This document shows positions 1 through 13,463 of a stretch of 64,000 nucleotides of DNA, in pieces. Each line of letters begins with the position of its first letter. The first letter of the stretch is position 1. Under the pieces are notes generated by a model. It ran no database searches. It saw nothing but the letters and a program-made list of their open reading frames with translations, and was not told where the DNA came from. Source of the DNA: Adineta vaga (taxonomy: Eukaryota; Animalia; Rotifera); contig CP075496.1 of the NCBI GenBank assembly GCA_021613535.1, positions 496,001-560,000 of the forward strand. The letters are read 5' to 3'. A program made the position numbers and the translations under genes.

Positions 1-317
1 AATAGAGTCCAACAGAGTAATATGTTTTTTGTACGTAATGTGAGGGTGTCGTTGAACATTGTTCTTATGAATACACACACCCTCACCTTCAAGATGGTCG
101 AGATTAAAATGTCTATGTTTCCCGACTTATACGAAAGTATCAATCAATTTCAATCTGCTGGTGGACATGTTCGACGTCGGATTGTAAGAATTAATTTCTT
201 TTTTTTGATCGTGAACAATACGATTTTCAGTCTGATATATTAGCATAAAAACATATATATAATGAGAGAGATTAAGCGAATAAACTCATTCACAGTGCTT
301 GAGATTGATAACGAAGA

Positions 318-843
318 ATGGCAATTGATCCCACAATAGAAACCGTATGTAATTCATCTTTCTTCTCGAACAAAAAATGTAGTTGTAGACATATTTCACC
401 TAATACACTGTGTGAGATTTAGTGAGAAATTATCTGTTATATTAACCTTTTCGATCCCGACATGAGAGACGGAAAGGATTAAGATATGAACAAGTATCAA
501 ATAATATGAAATATTATTACAAAGCATTTTATTCTGTATTTCTATTTCTATTCAAATTTTAGTTGCTCAATGTTAAACATGAACATGAACAACAAAAACA
601 GCATTGTGATGACTGTCGAATCTTGTTAATGAATTGTACAAATATGCATTCATCAGAATGGTCAATTTTATTGGATAATCTAACAGCAGCTCATATTAAA
701 CTCGGTGAAATATTGAATGAATTAAAACGATTAGAATGCAAGTTCATTATTGAATATTTTGAGAAATATTAAATAATATTTTCATTATAGATACTCATAT
801 CAAATCAGGTGGACATTTACCATATCCTTCAATTTCTATGTAA
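318..843 (+). CDS. Unknown ~84-aa helical microprotein, copy 1 (3 exons)
   Basis: Exons 318-344 (MAIDPTIET), 563-737, 791-843; second intron is GC-AG. Same exon structure and motifs (MAI, W, NELxxLEYxH, GxLPY) as copies at 7705 and 17332. Confidence 0.7.
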
Positions 844-1254
844 TAAAAAAAGTCAAATAAATTTACTTTCATCAACTATTTATGATTAGAAACTAATGAT
901 AGAAATAAAAAAGAAGTCTTTTTTCTTTTATCCATGACAATCAATGAGAAAATCAATAGGAATTCAAATAAACACGATAAAAAGATTTGTATCTCTTATC
1001 TTTGAAATAAACTGAGATATTAGTCACAATTAAAGAAAACATTGCTAAGGATTTTTCTAATTCGTTTATATCATTATTTGTTACTTGTGTAGTAAAATCA
1101 TAAAAATTCAGATCATTTGAAAATATTGATAGATAATAGGTTATTCGAAATGAATTAGTTATTGATTTGTTTTGATAGATATATTTGAGGGAAAAGATTA
1201 TTTATATGTATATATGAGAATTAATAGTGGTAACAAAGAAAAGAAAGAACTAAA

Positions 1255-2649
1255 TTAATAAAAAATTGATCTCGTACGATGAAAAGGTGTTTTTTCATAA
1301 ATATCAGATCGTTCTCGTCTTTTTCTCCATAAATAAACATCAACAAGTGGTTCATTCAATCGTTCACCAAAATCTCCTGTATCTTTTTCTAGAGGAATCT
1401 TTTCATTTGCTTCATTTGCAATAAGATGAACAGCTAAAATAGATGCAGCACGAATTTCACATTCATCGGAATCACCAAATGGTATTTCTTCTTTTTTTTC
1501 TAATCGATGTTTTAATTTAGATGAATAAACGAGAACACCTTCATGTGCCAACACTTGTGGTACACGATAATCAGCAAACATTGTTAAACGATCCTATTTA
1601 CATATTCATTTTCATATGAATTATAGTAGAAGAAAAATAACAAACCATATCAGTAAAATGTGCTATACCATGGCCATTAAAACATCCCCAAATATCACTA
1701 ACTAAGATTTGAGCTCGTTTATAGAAACTTACTAAACGTAGAAAAAAAAGATATTCAATAAACTATTTCAATAAGAAACAAAAATAAACCTCGTTGTCCA
1801 TCATAAACAGCTTCATCTCGATATGCAGGAAATTTTTTTACAACTAATTCTACAAGATCAATAGCACTACCACCACTCTGTTCAATACAACGAAGAAAAT
1901 GTCCACCATATTCCTTCGAATAAAATTAAATAAATATATAAATAAATCAAAATTGTATAACAACAAACCTTAAGAAGAATAGAACCAGTTTCATGTAAAA
2001 CATTTAATCTCTCATTCAACATTGGTAATGGAGAAGAATTCTCTAATGGACGAAATATATTTTCTAAATCATACATCGTTATACGAGAATAATATTCAGC
2101 ATTCAAAATATCAATTCCATCCTTAAAAATGAAAACAAAATAATCAAAAGAAATTTCTAATAATAAATAATCATACAACTATTGCTTGATTGATTGCAAC
2201 ACACATTGCTTCATAACCATGATAAAGTTTATCTTTATATTTTCGACAATATGAACCTTTTTCTTTATCATTTGTCCAAAATGAAAAATTCAATGTACTT
2301 GTTAAGAAAATCCTTTGAAAAAAAACAAATCTTTTATTTGTTTTATTCATCTTTTTATTTAAACCTACCAATCAATTGTTAAAACAGGATCACCAGTTGG
2401 TGGACCAACATCTGAACCAATCCAATCTTCAGTTGTACATTCTCCATCCATCATTGCAGAAGATATCTTTGCAAATAAAAAGAAATATTTATATGTATTC
2501 ATAAAATAAAGAAGATGAAATACCGTATTAGCGAGTTTTTGTAACGCTGGAAGATTTATTGAAACATGTTGAGCACGTTCCATTATAAATTTTGCTGAAT
2601 CAAGAGGTGTCAATGGACATTCCGCATTTGTTTCACCTGAATTATTCAT
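1255..2649 (-). CDS. QNG1: Queuosine 5'-phosphate N-glycosylase / queuosine salvage protein (DUF2419, C9orf64), ~7 exons
   Basis: Spliced translation has LNFSFW, LPMLNERLNVLHETG, FPAYRDEA, FYKRAQILVSDIW, TMFADYRVPQVL, ECEIRA and C-terminal PFHRTRSIFY, typical of the family. Confidence 0.93.
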
Positions 2650-3419
2650 TGAATAAAAATCTAAAATAGTTTTTCGATAAAGAATTTTCGAATAAATAAT
2701 GATCTTACGATTAGGTTAGAAGATGATCAGACAATGTTTGTCGATGATGATCTAATAGAACAAAAAATACATCATCCAATTAAATCTTTCTTATAAATCT
2801 CTTCTCGTCATAGTGTGACATCTGTTGTCAACACTGAGAATATCGAATGAAATCAATAATGTTAAAGTTTTTGACGTACTGATTGTAATAGAAGGCGATT
2901 CGCAGTTTCTTAGTGGTTCTTGACTATATATTTAAAAACAAATGAAAAAAGTTCTCTGTCTATAAGAACAAGTATTTTGATTACTATTAAATGAAAAAAC
3001 TTTTCAATAACTTATTAGAAGATCAACATCACTTCCTCTCAAGTCGACGAATGTACATTCCTCATCCATCATCATTAAAAAAACAATTTCATTTCAATTA
3101 GAAAGGTCAAAAAAGAAGCACCTTTTATCCATCGACTGAAAGGAGGAGGGTACTCTGTCTAAAAAAGTGACGAATAAATGGAAATTCGTTTGTATGTGTG
3201 TATGTCTGTCGCAGGTCAAAGGTCACAACTTTTCATATACACAGAATCCTCAATTCGATGCTATGGAAATACCTTTAGGTCCTCAGGTCCTACTGTTTAG
3301 TGGTACCAGTAGGTCTTTTTGCACGTCAAAAATCCAAATGCACTATGATGTAGAAGATACAATTGTGAATCTAACTAGAGGAGTTTTTTGAAGAGATCTG
3401 TAAAAATGACTGATTTTGT

Positions 3420-3937
3420 TTTTGGTTCAGCTCTTCGTACTATATTCGAAACAACCTCTAAGGAAGAGAAATATCTTTTCAAAGTCATGCCATAATGTGT
3501 TTTAAACGGACACATCTAGCAAATCTTTTGAGCTTGAGATGGAACTATGAGGAAACGATAAATCGTCAGGGAAACCTGGGAACGACAGATGAATGAGTTC
3601 TCTTGTGTTTAAATTGTAATTCAAGTTATGTTGACCGTGAGAGTAAACTATGAATTGCAACAGATATTCATGAAGTGTAAGCCGGAGAAAGACCGTCGAA
3701 CGGCTAAACGTTTGTATTAGTACTGTCGTTAATGCAATACGTGAGAGTTTTTATGCTTTGAATACTCTTGAATGATTAGATCCCGAAGAAAAAATATTTA
3801 TTGATCACACATTGGACGTTGCAGCAGATGTTTGCTTCGAGTATAGACCTTGTTCATAAAAATGTAAACTTAGAAAAAAACCTTATAAGAAAAATAATTA
3901 ATAAATTCTGTTTTTCAATTCTTCAGTCGAGGGTTAA
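3420..3937 (+). mobile_element. Possible decayed piggyBac right end
   Basis: Ends in CAGTCGAGGG-TTAA; upstream degenerate KCKPEKDRRT resembles the piggyBac C-terminal Cys-rich region. Left boundary uncertain. Confidence 0.35.
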
Positions 3938-5585
3938 GCGAGTCACTCTCGACGAGCGTTATTTTATAATGTTTTTAACATTGAGTAAGTTACCAGTAGA
4001 CGATATATCTTTCCTGTATCCTCATCCTTACCTTCACACATTCTTTTTAAAATAAGAATCTGTTAAAAATGTAGTTTTACATATGATATCTTCAAATACA
4101 AATCCAAGTTATTACATAGAACTATAAACTGTCGTACAAAAACTGAAAAGTTTTGATTTTTCATCTGATTTATCAATACAATCAGGATTCTATATTATCA
4201 TTAAGAAATTCATATAAGATACATATGTTCAAAGCCCCATTGATATTCATTTTTGTTAAGTTCAATAAATTCAAATTGTCAACAATGTTCATCATCATAT
4301 TTTCATGAAGAAAATAGTTTTTCTATAACAAACTTGAGTTCAATCTAAACACGAAGATGAATAATTATGTTTAAATTTTTCTGATGACAACATAATTCAT
4401 ATTAACACAAAATGTTGGTAATGTATAATTATAAATCATTTCTTTGGACATAGATATCATAGTTTTCAAAAACAACGATTCCAATTGACCACAAATATAA
4501 ATCTTGACTTCGAATGTTCTTAAGAAAATCTCTGTAATAAATGATCATTCACTTTAGACAAAAAGATAAAATTTGTCGACTAGAACTTATAATTCTATAT
4601 TTGAAGGAAGTCGAAAACAATGATATTCAATATCGATTTCATCTTTATATTCATTGATTTCATTTGTATGTAAAGTGATTAAATAATGAAGATTTTATTA
4701 ATAGATTTTTGTTTTTTATCTGCGCAATTTCTCTTACCGAAGTCTAAAAGCGAAAGAAATAACGCGATGCAATTACCACAAAGTCGATTTCGTTCACCTC
4801 ATTCTCGAATATCTTTTGGTCAATCCTTTAATATGTCCACATTAAGTGAAACTTTGTTAATTAAGTCTATACAGTTTTCAACCTTTATGCTTCGATAATG
4901 ATCGATAAATTTGAAAAATATTTTCATTTATTTGGAAGATAGATATGCACTTAAATACATTTTATTTATTTTGATTAATTATTTTTCACAAGTCACATTT
5001 TTTACCATGAATCTAATTTTCTAAAGAAACCGTTACAACGAAAAATCATTAAAAAAACGAAGTAAATTTAATATAACGGAAAATTAAAAAAAAACCATGT
5101 GCAAATTAAAGAATAACAACTATACTTTGATTATTCAATGATTTTTAACACGAAACAGTGCACAGGTAAGGCATCTGTTATAGATAAAATATTAAATAAA
5201 AAACATTCTGTTTTAATGAAAAGTTATGTAAAATGTTTAAGTAATATCTGTCTGTTCAGAGAGGTTTAGTCCTTTATACAAGAATAGTGTTGAAGTGATA
5301 CAAAACTTTAATAACTAACTATGATTTCAGTTCGAGTATTGGAAGGATAGATATATTTTATGATGAAAAGGTTTTCAATCCTTATAAACGCGAAACAAAA
5401 AATAACTACAAAACATCTTAGAGCAAAGTATTTTCATAGTAATGACATATTCAAAATACTACTCTTAACTTAAAAATACTTATAAACCTTTTGAAGTAAT
5501 TTAAAACCATAAATTCTGTCAAGAGAAACTATCGATCTGCTGAAAAGTCATTTATCTGGTTTATTTTACTATAGATAGGCGTGTA

Positions 5586-6845
5586 ATGCTTCCAGATAGG
5601 CATCGAAAATGTAGTGAATATCTTTGTGTTTTCATTGCATTTTTTGCAATCACGAATGCACAAAGCAATTCAACATCATCAGTACCATCCAGCCCTTGTC
5701 CTAATTCCCAATTATTATGCGGCGGAATCACTTGTTATAATCCAAGCACACAGCATTGTTCCGATGGCACGATTTGTCAATCTCCATCTAGAGTATGCAG
5801 TGCACAATGTCTTCGCGATAATCAGATATGTGTCAAGAACATAACGGTATGTAACATTCCGAAAAATGGGGTGTACTACAGCTACCAACGATATTCAGTA
5901 CAATCATGTAATGGCACTTGTTATGACTCGGCAACTGAAATATGTACCAATGGCATTATTGAATGTCCAAACAACTGCTCCGGTAAATGTTACAATTCAT
6001 CAGTTTACGAGTGTGTCAGTGGAAGTTTATGTCCTGTTGGTTACAAGTTATGCACCGTTAAATACACTCTTGAAGGATCGGAATATAATACACCGACACT
6101 TATGTGCTATAATTCTTCATATACAGCATGTCTTAATAATTCAATTTGCTACAATCCATCTCGAGTATGCAACGGAGAATGTCTTCAAAACAAAAAAATG
6201 TGCGTGAACAACTTAACTACATGTAACATTGCAAATAATGGTTTGTACTACGACTATCAAGCAGCTGCTGTGTATTCATGTAATGGTACATGTTATGACT
6301 TGGCATCAGAAACATGTACTAATGGCATTATTGAATGTCCGAACAACTGCTCGGGCAAATGTTACAATTCATCGATTCAAGAGTGTTTCAATGGAACGAT
6401 ATGCAATCTGAATGAAAGCGTATGCTATATGAAATACACTGATTGGGGGGACGAGTATGAACCACCGCTACCTCTATGCTATAATCCTTCGTATCAAGCA
6501 TGTGTTAATAATTCACTTTCTTTATGTTCATCTCGAGTGTGCAATGGACAATGTCTTGAAGAGAAACAAGTATGTATTAGTAATACAACAATATGCAATG
6601 TTACGCGTTCGTATTATGATTACCAGTTAAAGCAAATTCAACTATGCAATGGTATCTGTTATGATACAATTATTGAGAACTGTGAGAATGGATACATAAT
6701 AGTGAACTTCAGTTTGACTCTTTCACCAGTGACAATGGGAACAGAAACAACTGTCTCAGTCGATGACCATTCGTTAGCGTCAACGTCGAATCGTTCGATA
6801 TGGTTTAGAATAATCATATTCCTTTTCTTTATCTTAATCATCTAA
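5586..6845 (+). CDS. Intronless secreted/GPI-anchored cysteine-rich repeat glycoprotein (419 aa)
   Basis: N-terminal hydrophobic signal, about three ~122-124-aa units built from CxGxCY(N/D)xxxxxC modules, many NxS/T sites, Ser/Thr spacer and hydrophobic C-terminus. Confidence 0.85.
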   Translation: MLPDRHRKCSEYLCVFIAFFAITNAQSNSTSSVPSSPCPNSQLLCGGITCYNPSTQHCSDGTICQSPSRVCSAQCLRDNQICVKNITVCNIPKNGVYYSYQRYSVQSCNGTCYDSATEICTNGIIECPNNCSGKCYNSSVYECVSGSLCPVGYKLCTVKYTLEGSEYNTPTLMCYNSSYTACLNNSICYNPSRVCNGECLQNKKMCVNNLTTCNIANNGLYYDYQAAAVYSCNGTCYDLASETCTNGIIECPNNCSGKCYNSSIQECFNGTICNLNESVCYMKYTDWGDEYEPPLPLCYNPSYQACVNNSLSLCSSRVCNGQCLEEKQVCISNTTICNVTRSYYDYQLKQIQLCNGICYDTIIENCENGYIIVNFSLTLSPVTMGTETTVSVDDHSLASTSNRSIWFRIIIFLFFILII

Positions 6846-7704
6846 TGTCTTACAGTTTGTGATGTATAGGGAGTACGTACTCGATTATGTGAAGTGAAGC
6901 TGAAGAGTCGACTTCTTCGAATTATCAAGAAACGGATTTGAGTAACGTCAGCTATTTAGATTCAATTGATGACTATCTAAAGACAGAAAAACATTGATAT
7001 GACCACCACTGTATTGACAATCTTGTAGTGTTGGACTATTTTAAATTCAATGATTTTAAAGTCGAAAAATTCGTATTTTTTTTTCATTTTTAACAGTGGA
7101 GATTCTAGTAGAATAACTTAGTAGACAGTATCACATAAAAGATGTGTGTACATCTATAATGCATCTATATTTCTACATTTTCTAAATAGATGAAACATGA
7201 GGTAAAAATGAAGTTGCATTATGTATAATATGCACATAAACAACAAAGAATATCTGTTTGTAATCATATGATTTTATCATTCGATAAATTACTGGTAGAC
7301 GATATGTATTTTCTGCATTCTACGTGTTAATGTAGAAAAGAAAAAATAGAAAACGCATGTTTTGATTTTAAATCATTTCGAGAAATGAAAACATCGGACG
7401 TGAACGTAAGTTTATTGTTTTTCAGAGTAAAATTCACAAAGTCTTTTAATTGTTTCGCTTTTTAGAGATATTCATTCGTCTAATATCATTACAAATGTCT
7501 TTATATCCAAATTTCTATACATCCCATGATGATTTTCATCGTAAAGGGGGCAATCGACGACGAATGATAGTGCGTATGAATGACTTTTAGTTTTGGCTGG
7601 CGACATAGGACACGTAAAGAGAATAATCGTCTGAATTAAAATGATTTGCTCTCGTATATTTATATAAATAAGTGAGAGATGAGTATGTTAAGAATAGACA
7701 GAAG

Positions 7705-8086
7705 ATGGCCATTTCACTTTTATTAGAGAAAGTATGTCGGAAGTTTTTTTCGAGTCTTTTTTCATCTATAAAATGCATTAACTGTTCTAATTTTTCTTTT
7801 TATATCTTAGTTATTACAAATGAAAGCAGAAGAAACACGAATGACAAACGAATACCAGCAAGCAAAAATTAATTTAGCAGAATTCTCGTATTTTGAAGAC
7901 AAAGATAAGTGGAACAATTTGTTCGATGTTGTCCATCAAATTTCATTTAAACTTGCTGAATTTAGTAATGAACTACGAAGCCTTGAATGTAATTTTATTT
8001 TTTTCTTCATTTGCACACTTTGATTGTCCTTTCTTTTTTTTATAGATATCCATGCTCATGATAATCGTGGTGTATTACCTTATTGA
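7705..8086 (+). CDS. Unknown ~81-aa helical microprotein, copy 2 (3 exons)
   Basis: Exons 7705-7731 (MAISLLLEK), 7811-7988, 8046-8086 (YIHAHDNRGVLPY*); GT-AG introns in the same phases as copy 1. Confidence 0.72.
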
Positions 8087-8446
8087 ATCTTTGAATGTAA
8101 TTATAGACGTTTATTTTCATTGCTGGCCTTATTCAAAATCTTCGTACAATTGTGAATTCTTTTTTTTCTTTCCTTCAAGTCTTTCATATTCATAATTTTT
8201 TTTCGTGCACGGTTTCTTGAACTTTCACAGGTTACTGTCAAATTTTGTTTCTACTATTGATCAAATCTTGTAAATGATTATCATTAGTTCAGATTCATGA
8301 GTTAAAATAAACTTGTATATGAATGAAAAGTAAAAAAAATGAAATATATCTTAATCTAAACATATTCTTATTTATAAAATATTTATTTGAAATAATGAAA
8401 ATGTATTTTGTTGACAATGAATGATATTTTATCTCTAAGATAGAAC

Positions 8447-8770
8447 ATTTATTGAAACATGTCGAGCATACGTTCCATTATAAAACGTACTGAATCGAAA
8501 GGAGTTAATGGACATTCGGTATTCGTTTTACCTGAATAGGTCATTAAATAAATCGAAAATAGATATTTAATAAAGAATTTTCGAACAAATAATGATCTTA
8601 TGATTCGATCGTCAGAGAATGTTGAAGTTGAATGTTGATCATCTAATCTAATGTAATAGAGCAAATAATCTATCATCCAATAAAATCTTTGTAAGATATC
8701 TTTAATTGTCACGGAATAACATCTATTCTTAAGATTGAGAATATCGAATAAAATCAATAGTATTTAAAAA
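8447..8770 (-). pseudogene. QNG1 5' relic (upstream region plus start of exon 1)
   Basis: Aligns by eye to 2553-2870; MTYSGKTNTECPLTPFDSVRFIMER vs MNNSGETNAECPLTPLDSAKFIMER, then a 2-nt insertion and truncation. Confidence 0.85.
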
Positions 8771-8915
8771 TTTATTTATTGGCACCATGATGAAAAAATA
8801 CTTAAAAATATATGAAAAATCAAGGATCTAATTCAATATGTATGTATATCATCGTGAGAAATCACGTAAAATAACAGAAGATATTTGTCATTTTCAATTG
8901 AATATTCAAATATAT

Positions 8916-9058
8916 TTAATCTTAGAACTATCAACTAGGGTCCAAATGGACTCTGTTTTATAAAAGCAAGAAAATACTATGAAATTCTTGTCTTCATGAA
9001 TGAAAGTATGAAAGACATAGTGAATGATATAAAACTGTCTCATATGAAAGAAACGCAT
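8916..9058 (+). mobile_element. Solo left end of the piggyBac family seen at 59361
   Basis: TTAA-TCTTAGAACTATCAAC...GTCCAAATGGACT...GAAAGTATGAAAGACAT...ATATGAAAGAAA matches 59361-59500. Confidence 0.75.
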
Positions 9059-9985
9059 GTTTGATACGTAAAAACAATTTAGTTTTAATCAGATACTTGT
9101 TGAAAACAGAAAAAAGATTCTTCTCAAAATCCATTCTATTTTTTATCGCTAAAAGTAGACTTGAAAGTACCAGAGTTAATGAGTGAGATGATCATCGTTG
9201 AATGTCTAATATTTCGAAAATTTTCTCTTTTCAATAATTATTATCTTAAGTTGTCTGTGTCCAATGCCGTTCACAAGAAAAAACGAAATAATTACAAAAA
9301 TGGTGAACTGACTATATTGGAAAATAAGTTTTTTTATATTTAGATATTGATTATTATAGAACATTGTTATATTAATATGTACGAAAAACGAATCTTTTTT
9401 TTCTTGCGTGAATAATTGAACAGAAAGAAATGAATATATCCGGAAGTCGATGTGTATTTTACAAACCGAAAAAAAAGTTTGCGTTAGATATTCAATGTTT
9501 TTTTTATTTGTTTTTCTATAATTTTAAGATTGAAGAAAAAGAAGTGATTATTTCAGAAGAAAAGTTTCAACAATGAAAATCGATTATTTGTTTACATAGA
9601 TGACAATCGTGATAAAAGAACAGATCTTTATTTGTCTAATAATAATAATCATGTCGAAATTCAATTAATTATTTTGATTATTTATATAAGAAAGAAAAAA
9701 CCTTCTCTTTTTGTTATTATAAACAAAAGTATAGAGATATAGATGACATTTTGTTTGACTCCCCAGGATAATTTCTCAAAGACCTTCAACTAACATTGAT
9801 ATTGATAAGAAAAAACATCATTTATATAATGAAACCAAAAAAAAAGAAGAAGAGAGAGAAAGATAAATATTTGATGAAGAACTTGAACTGATCTTCAAAT
9901 ATTGATCGTTATTTTTTCATAATGACAGTTTAGTATTTTTATTGAAAAGAAAATAGAAAAGAAAAAAACCGGTAAAACAGAAAGA

Positions 9986-12900
9986 CTAAGAAGAGGGTGG
10001 ATTAGGTAAAGAAGGTGTTAATGATCCTGATTTTTTAAAAAGTGACCAAGGTGTTGATGGTGATTTACGAATTGGACGATGAATTTCATTTGTTGTTGAA
10101 TTTGTTTGTGTTGATATTGATGGTGCTGCTAAAAATAATCGACTTAATTTTTTAAATGTTTCACCTTCTGTTGATGAATCTTTTCGTTTTTTTCTTCTTT
10201 TTAAATTTTCATTCGAATTTTCATCATGTTTTATTGATAAACTTGATTGACTATCTTCATCTGTTGTTGAATATTCATCACTTGATGGAACTGGTGTATT
10301 ACGATCAATATAATCTTTTAAAACAGCTGCATCACGTTTTAAATCATGTCTTGTTGAAATTATTGATGGATTTTTTCCTAATTTATTAAGTCTTTCAGCA
10401 GCAACTGATTCCATTGTTCGTCTCATTAATGGATAAGATTCAAGTACTGATTCAAATTGATATGAATCTAATGAATATAAATTACAATATGTTACACAAC
10501 GAACACCTGCAACACGTTTAGCTCGAGTTAATAAACAAATTTCTAAAAAGAAAAAACACAAAATCTTTGAATAAAATTTAAAAAAACAAACCTCCAAAAT
10601 ATGATCCATCTGAAAGTGTTGTTAAAACCGTTCCATCTGATTTAATAATATCAACAATTCCTTCCTGTATAAAATACATTTTATCTCCAATTGTTCCTTC
10701 ACTAATTATTTGATCACCTGGTTGAAATACTTCAAAACATAATTTTGTAACAACATCAGAAACAAAATTTGGATCAGCATTTGAAAAAAATGGAACTGAT
10801 GAAACAAGTGCTCGACAATTATAATTAATAACATCCTTTAAATATTATAAAATAGAACATTTTTTCAAAGAAAACAAAACAGATAGAAAAACAAACCAAT
10901 CTTAATCTTTCTGAAAGTTCATTTAAAATCGTATCTTCATGAAAGATTTTTCCTTGATAACGATGTTCATAATAATCTGATATTCGATTTCTCATTTCTC
11001 GAGGTAATTTTCTCCATGCCATATATTCTTCAACTTGTTTATACTATTTAATAGAAAAAAAAAATAATATTTAAAATAAAATGTTCTTCTCTTAATTTAC
11101 TTTTTCATTATATAATCTTCTTGATGTATCAAAACTTTGAACAAGTGCTGAAACATGACCAATCGTAACAGCATAGCACATTGCACCAATAACTAAATTA
11201 ATTCGATAAAAAAATTCATCAAACAAAAAAACAAGAATCATTTTACCCATTGAAAGCATTGTTAACCACATATCAACATAACTTTGTGGAGGATATCTTC
11301 CATAACCAATACATAACATATGTGAAAGTGCTTTAAATAATGCAACTGTATATTGTTCAGTCCATGGTGCAGTTTGAAGACCATTCAATGAAACCCAACA
11401 ATCAGCTGGGAAATTTTGAAACATTGGAATCATAAATTGTAAACAACCATTCCAATGTGCCAATAAAATGATTAATGCGATTAAATTTAATATTCGCATT
11501 ACCATACTTGCAATTGATAAAAACTAAATCAAAAGAAAATATTTCTTTCCTTTCTTTTTTACTCAATAAGAAAAGATAAAAATAAATTCATCGATTGGGC
11601 AGGAAGATCTTTTTCTCCTATCCCCTCGAATAGTGATCATGCAGGTTTGAGTTGTGATGAGAATGATATAAACATGCAAACTAAGTTTGTTTTTTTTTTG
11701 AGAAATAAAAGAAAGAAAAAAAATCAAACGGACCTGTTTCACATGCACCTAGAATATATATAATAAATCATAAAAACAAAGAATAGAATTCATGCAATAG
11801 AGATTAAAAGAATTATAAATAAAATTTCACATCAAATTCAATCGACAAAATAATAAAAATCAAACTAAATTGTTTTTCACCCAAATAGGAAGATGAATGC
11901 GCAGGAAATTGGCCAGACGTAATTCTATCCATCGATATCTGACTCGATGTCGCTAGATTTATATACAAGAGATCTTCTCTGCCCTATTTTTCTCACTTAT
12001 TTGAAATCAAAAAAAAAAAGAAAAACCAAATGTTTCTTTGCTCACCTCTTCCCATTGATGAATATATCTGACAAGACGTGATAAACGAAGTAAACGTAAT
12101 AATGATAATAATTTAACAAGTCGAAGAACTTTTATAGCTCGACCTGTTCGTGCAATTGTATATCCTCCGGAATGTTGATCTTTTGTATCAAAAAATAAAA
12201 ATAAATAATCAACTGGTAATGAACTAAATAAATCAACAAAAAACCAAGTTTTTAAATAATTTTGTGCAATTAAATGTGGTTCTAAGATGATTTCATCAAT
12301 ATAATCATTTCCTAAGACACCTAAAAAAACAAAAAAAAATTTTCTCTTTGAAAAAAAATCCAAAACAAAAATAACCTGTTCGAAAATTAACAACAATATC
12401 AAAAAGAAAAAAAGCATCAGAAATAATATTAAAAATAATCCAACGTGCTGAATTAATTTCATCACTGAAAAATGCAATTGCAACTGGAAGTACAATAACA
12501 TTTGTTATTAATAAAACTAACATTATTAAATCCCAATAAAAACTACAAGAAGAACAAAATCATTTTCCTTTCTTTTTTTTTTCATTAGAAAAGTAAAAGA
12601 AATTTTTACCGAAAATTTGAACATGGATGAATAATACAATGTCCAGCTCTTTGTTGTCTTAAACGTTCTTTTAAAAGACCTTTACGACTTCCAAATAATT
12701 TCATAGCTAATTTATTATCACTCGGTTTTAATAAATCCATAAAATAATTGACAATTGTTGAACCTTGTTTAATTGTTGTATCAATACTTGATCTTTGATC
12801 ATCATTTTGAACATTTGTTGATGAACATATTTGATCATCAGGAATTGAATTTATTCCAAATTTATTTTCATTATAATTAAAATCTTGAGATTCAATTGTC

Positions 12901-13463
12901 ACTTTTATTGGAGGATTTGTTGGAATAAAATATTCTTCTGATGATTGACAATTTGCAATTGTATTTCGATGTGAATATTGTCGAAAAGAATTTTCTTTTG
13001 GTAAACTTAATTTAATTCTTGTATGATTTATTTCATTGGAATTTATTTGATCAATTGGATAAGATTTAATTTCATTAGAATTTAAATCTTGTTTTGTTGG
13101 AAGAGAAAGTATTGTTGATCTTCGTGGAGATTTATTTGGTAGAAATGTTTTGTAAGGAAATGCTTGAAGAGATTGACGAGGATCAGATATCGATCGTTGT
13201 TCTTTCTTTGATCGATATGATGGAGAATAAGAGAAAGATGATGGATAAACTTCTTCTTCCATTAATACAGATGAAACATTGCATCTGCTTTCATTTCTAT
13301 TATCGATAATTCTTTCCATATCTATTTGGATTGAAAATTAAATTTGAAAAAGTTTTCTTAGTTTTTATTTTATACTTATTTCTTGTTTTTGATGATTAAT
13401 TAAATCTTTTGAATTGAAATGAACATTTTCCAAATGAGAATCATGATTTGATAAATTCGACAT
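9986..13463 (-). CDS. HCN: Hyperpolarization-activated cyclic nucleotide-gated channel (Ih), ~9 exons
   Basis: [26 protein letters not shown]4 [16 protein letters not shown], pore [23 protein letters not shown]; first coding exon inferred at 13463-13376. Confidence 0.95.

Noticed and set aside
6895-6955. Hammerhead-ribozyme-like CTGAAGA...GAAAC...GTC
   Set aside because: Stem I and the stem II closing pair do not base-pair.
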